The notes under the pieces: model-generated
What the model was told of the DNA's origin: nothing
The model's database searches: none
Seen by the model: the letters and a program-made list of their open reading frames with translations, nothing else
Assembly: GCA_000965745.1 (NCBI GenBank)
Contig: CP009479.1
Coordinates: forward strand, 1,216,001-1,280,000
Source of the DNA: an uncultured archaeon
GTDB taxonomy: Archaea; Thermoplasmatota; Thermoplasmata; Thermoplasmatales; Thermoplasmataceae
Direction of reading: 5' to 3'
DNA length: 64,000 nt
Part shown: positions 62,429 through 64,000 of the stretch, piece after piece
Numbering within the stretch: position 1 is the stretch's first letter
Layout: the number at the start of each line of letters is the position of its first letter
Translations under genes and position numbers: made by a program

Positions 62429-62533
62429 GGGATCCTCCATTACTCATACTTTCCCTTAACCTTATGGATTTCCGGATTGGCTCTTATCGAGCACATAATA
62501 AAATTAATAAGACAGGTTCAACTAGAATTCCCG

Positions 62534-64000
62534 ATGAAAAACCTTTTTTCTGAACTTTTTCTCTCAAAGGGAGTAAATTATTTTACAGGGGACAAGCCGC
62601 TCAAGTCAATTCTTGACTTCTTCGGCCTGGGCGATAAGCTGGATCTTGCGGAAATGGGGAAGTATGTGTCAGAAGAATTGATCGAGCTTCTGGATTTCAT
62701 AGACCATAGTGCCAAGCCGATGCTGCACACCTGGAGTGCATTGGGTGAAAGGATCGATTACGTGCGCCTGTCTCCAGATCATTACAACGCCCTTATAGAG
62801 CTGCAGAAAATGGGCGTTATTGGAAGCATGTTTTCCCCCTCAAACTCCCTGATGCAGCATTTTCTCTCGGGTTACATAATTTCGGATTCAGGGATATTCT
62901 GTACATTGACCCTTACAGCCCAGACTGCATACGCAGTTGACAAGTATGCAGATGAGCCGATAAGAAGCAAGTTCATGAAGCTGTTCCTCGATGAGAACAA
63001 CCCTTGGTTTGGCGCCACTTTTTACACCGAGACACAGGGTGGAAGCGACCTTGGTGCAAACCTGACCGTCGCTTCCCGGAAGGATGGCTGGTATTACCTT
63101 TCTGGAACAGACAAATATTTCGCGAGCAACGCCGGAGTTGCCGACCTTGCCGTCGTAACAGCACGTGTAGAGGGTTCCCACGAGGGGGCGAAGGGAATAT
63201 CCGTTTTTCTTGTCCCCGCGTATCTCGATGATGGAAGCCAGAACTACAGGATCAGGAGAATAAAGGACAAGTTGGGTACTACAGCAGTTCCTACTGGTGA
63301 AGTCGAATTTGAAAACTCGAAAGCCTACCTACTGGGCGATTCTCCTGAAGGCATCTATATTGCAATGGAGATCCTTACAATATCCAGAATAGACGACGCA
63401 ATTGCCGCAGTGGGAATGGCGAGAAAAGCTCTGTGGGAGGCAGTAAGGTTTGCAGACAGAAGAACTGCTTTCGGAAAGAGGGTTATAGAGCAACCCCTGA
63501 TGATCAAGGATCTGGCAGAGCGTGAAGCTGAACTTGAGGCAGCCCTTGTTGTATCACTTCTGTCCGCCCTGAAATTCAACTCAGCAAAGGGCAGGAAACC
63601 TCCGTACGATGATGAATATCAGTATGCGAGGCTCCTCAGCAGCATGGCCAAGAACATGGCCTCAGACACCAGTGCGGAAATCACCAGATATGCAATGGAA
63701 ATAGAAGGCGGGATAGGTTTTCTCGAGGAATTTCCAATGGCCAAGTTCCACAGGGATTCCATCGTTACCTCAATATGGGAAGGGACCAGCAATATTCAGG
63801 CACTGGAATTCCTTGAGGTATTGGCGAGGAAGAACGGCTCACAGCTCTTATTCTCCGATCTGGAGCGGAACATCGGGGCAATCAGGGACAGCAACGCGTC
63901 CGAAGTGCTGAACGAGCAACTTCTGAGACTAAAGGGAAGGGTGAAGCAGATGCTCTCATCAGACAACCCTCAGTTCTTCTCGAAGGACGTCCTCAGGGAA
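62534..64000 (+). CDS. Acyl-CoA dehydrogenase (AidB-like), 3'-truncated by window edge
   Basis: Hand translation from ATG 62534: GATFYTETQGGSDLGAN, KDKLGT, RTAFGK, IWEGTSNIQAL; absent from the ORF track because no stop lies in the window. Confidence 0.92.
   Translation, partial: MKNLFSELFLSKGVNYFTGDKPLKSILDFFGLGDKLDLAEMGKYVSEELIELLDFIDHSAKPMLHTWSALGERIDYVRLSPDHYNALIELQKMGVIGSMFSPSNSLMQHFLSGYIISDSGIFCTLTLTAQTAYAVDKYADEPIRSKFMKLFLDENNPWFGATFYTETQGGSDLGANLTVASRKDGWYYLSGTDKYFASNAGVADLAVVTARVEGSHEGAKGISVFLVPAYLDDGSQNYRIRRIKDKLGTTAVPTGEVEFENSKAYLLGDSPEGIYIAMEILTISRIDDAIAAVGMARKALWEAVRFADRRTAFGKRVIEQPLMIKDLAEREAELEAALVVSLLSALKFNSAKGRKPPYDDEYQYARLLSSMAKNMASDTSAEITRYAMEIEGGIGFLEEFPMAKFHRDSIVTSIWEGTSNIQALEFLEVLARKNGSQLLFSDLERNIGAIRDSNASEVLNEQLLRLKGRVKQMLSSDNPQFFSKDVLRE

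Overview
Archaeal chromosome segment, most likely from a Thermoplasmatales-type euryarchaeon (archaeal TFB, PCNA, GluRS and Gar1 alongside bacterial-type gyrase; the lineage is inferred from gene content, not from a database search). Core genes: 3' end of a nuo operon (nuoL partial, nuoM, nuoN), tatAC, peroxiredoxin, hemB, a KaiC/GvpD-like ATPase with a pseudo-receiver/DUF835-like partner, mdh, queDC, PCNA, an aromatic amino acid operon, ilvE, a ClC protein, two divergent TFB genes, guaAA, gltX, gyrBA (gyrA frameshifted), hom, a GH15 glucoamylase, a cyclophilin and a partial acyl-CoA dehydrogenase. There are three tRNAs (Arg-CCT, Gly-CCC, Leu-CAA). A complete type I-C CRISPR-Cas locus (57 full repeats plus one truncated) lies next to tRNA-Leu and an IS256 remnant. 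Best candidate for a new system: a 26-codon Phe/Tyr-rich leader ORF (17154-17234, below the ORF-track cutoff) between a TATA-like box and the chorismate mutase-prephenate dehydrogenase-DAHP synthase operon. Its 3' end can fold over the downstream Shine-Dalgarno sequence, suggesting ribosome-mediated attenuation in an archaeon. Also notable: queC can only start at ACG and tyrA at ATT (or by readthrough), the leader-proximal CRISPR repeat has an inverted loop, and three spacer pairs repeat the same targets in the same order. Several single-base anomalies could be consensus errors and need read-level checking.
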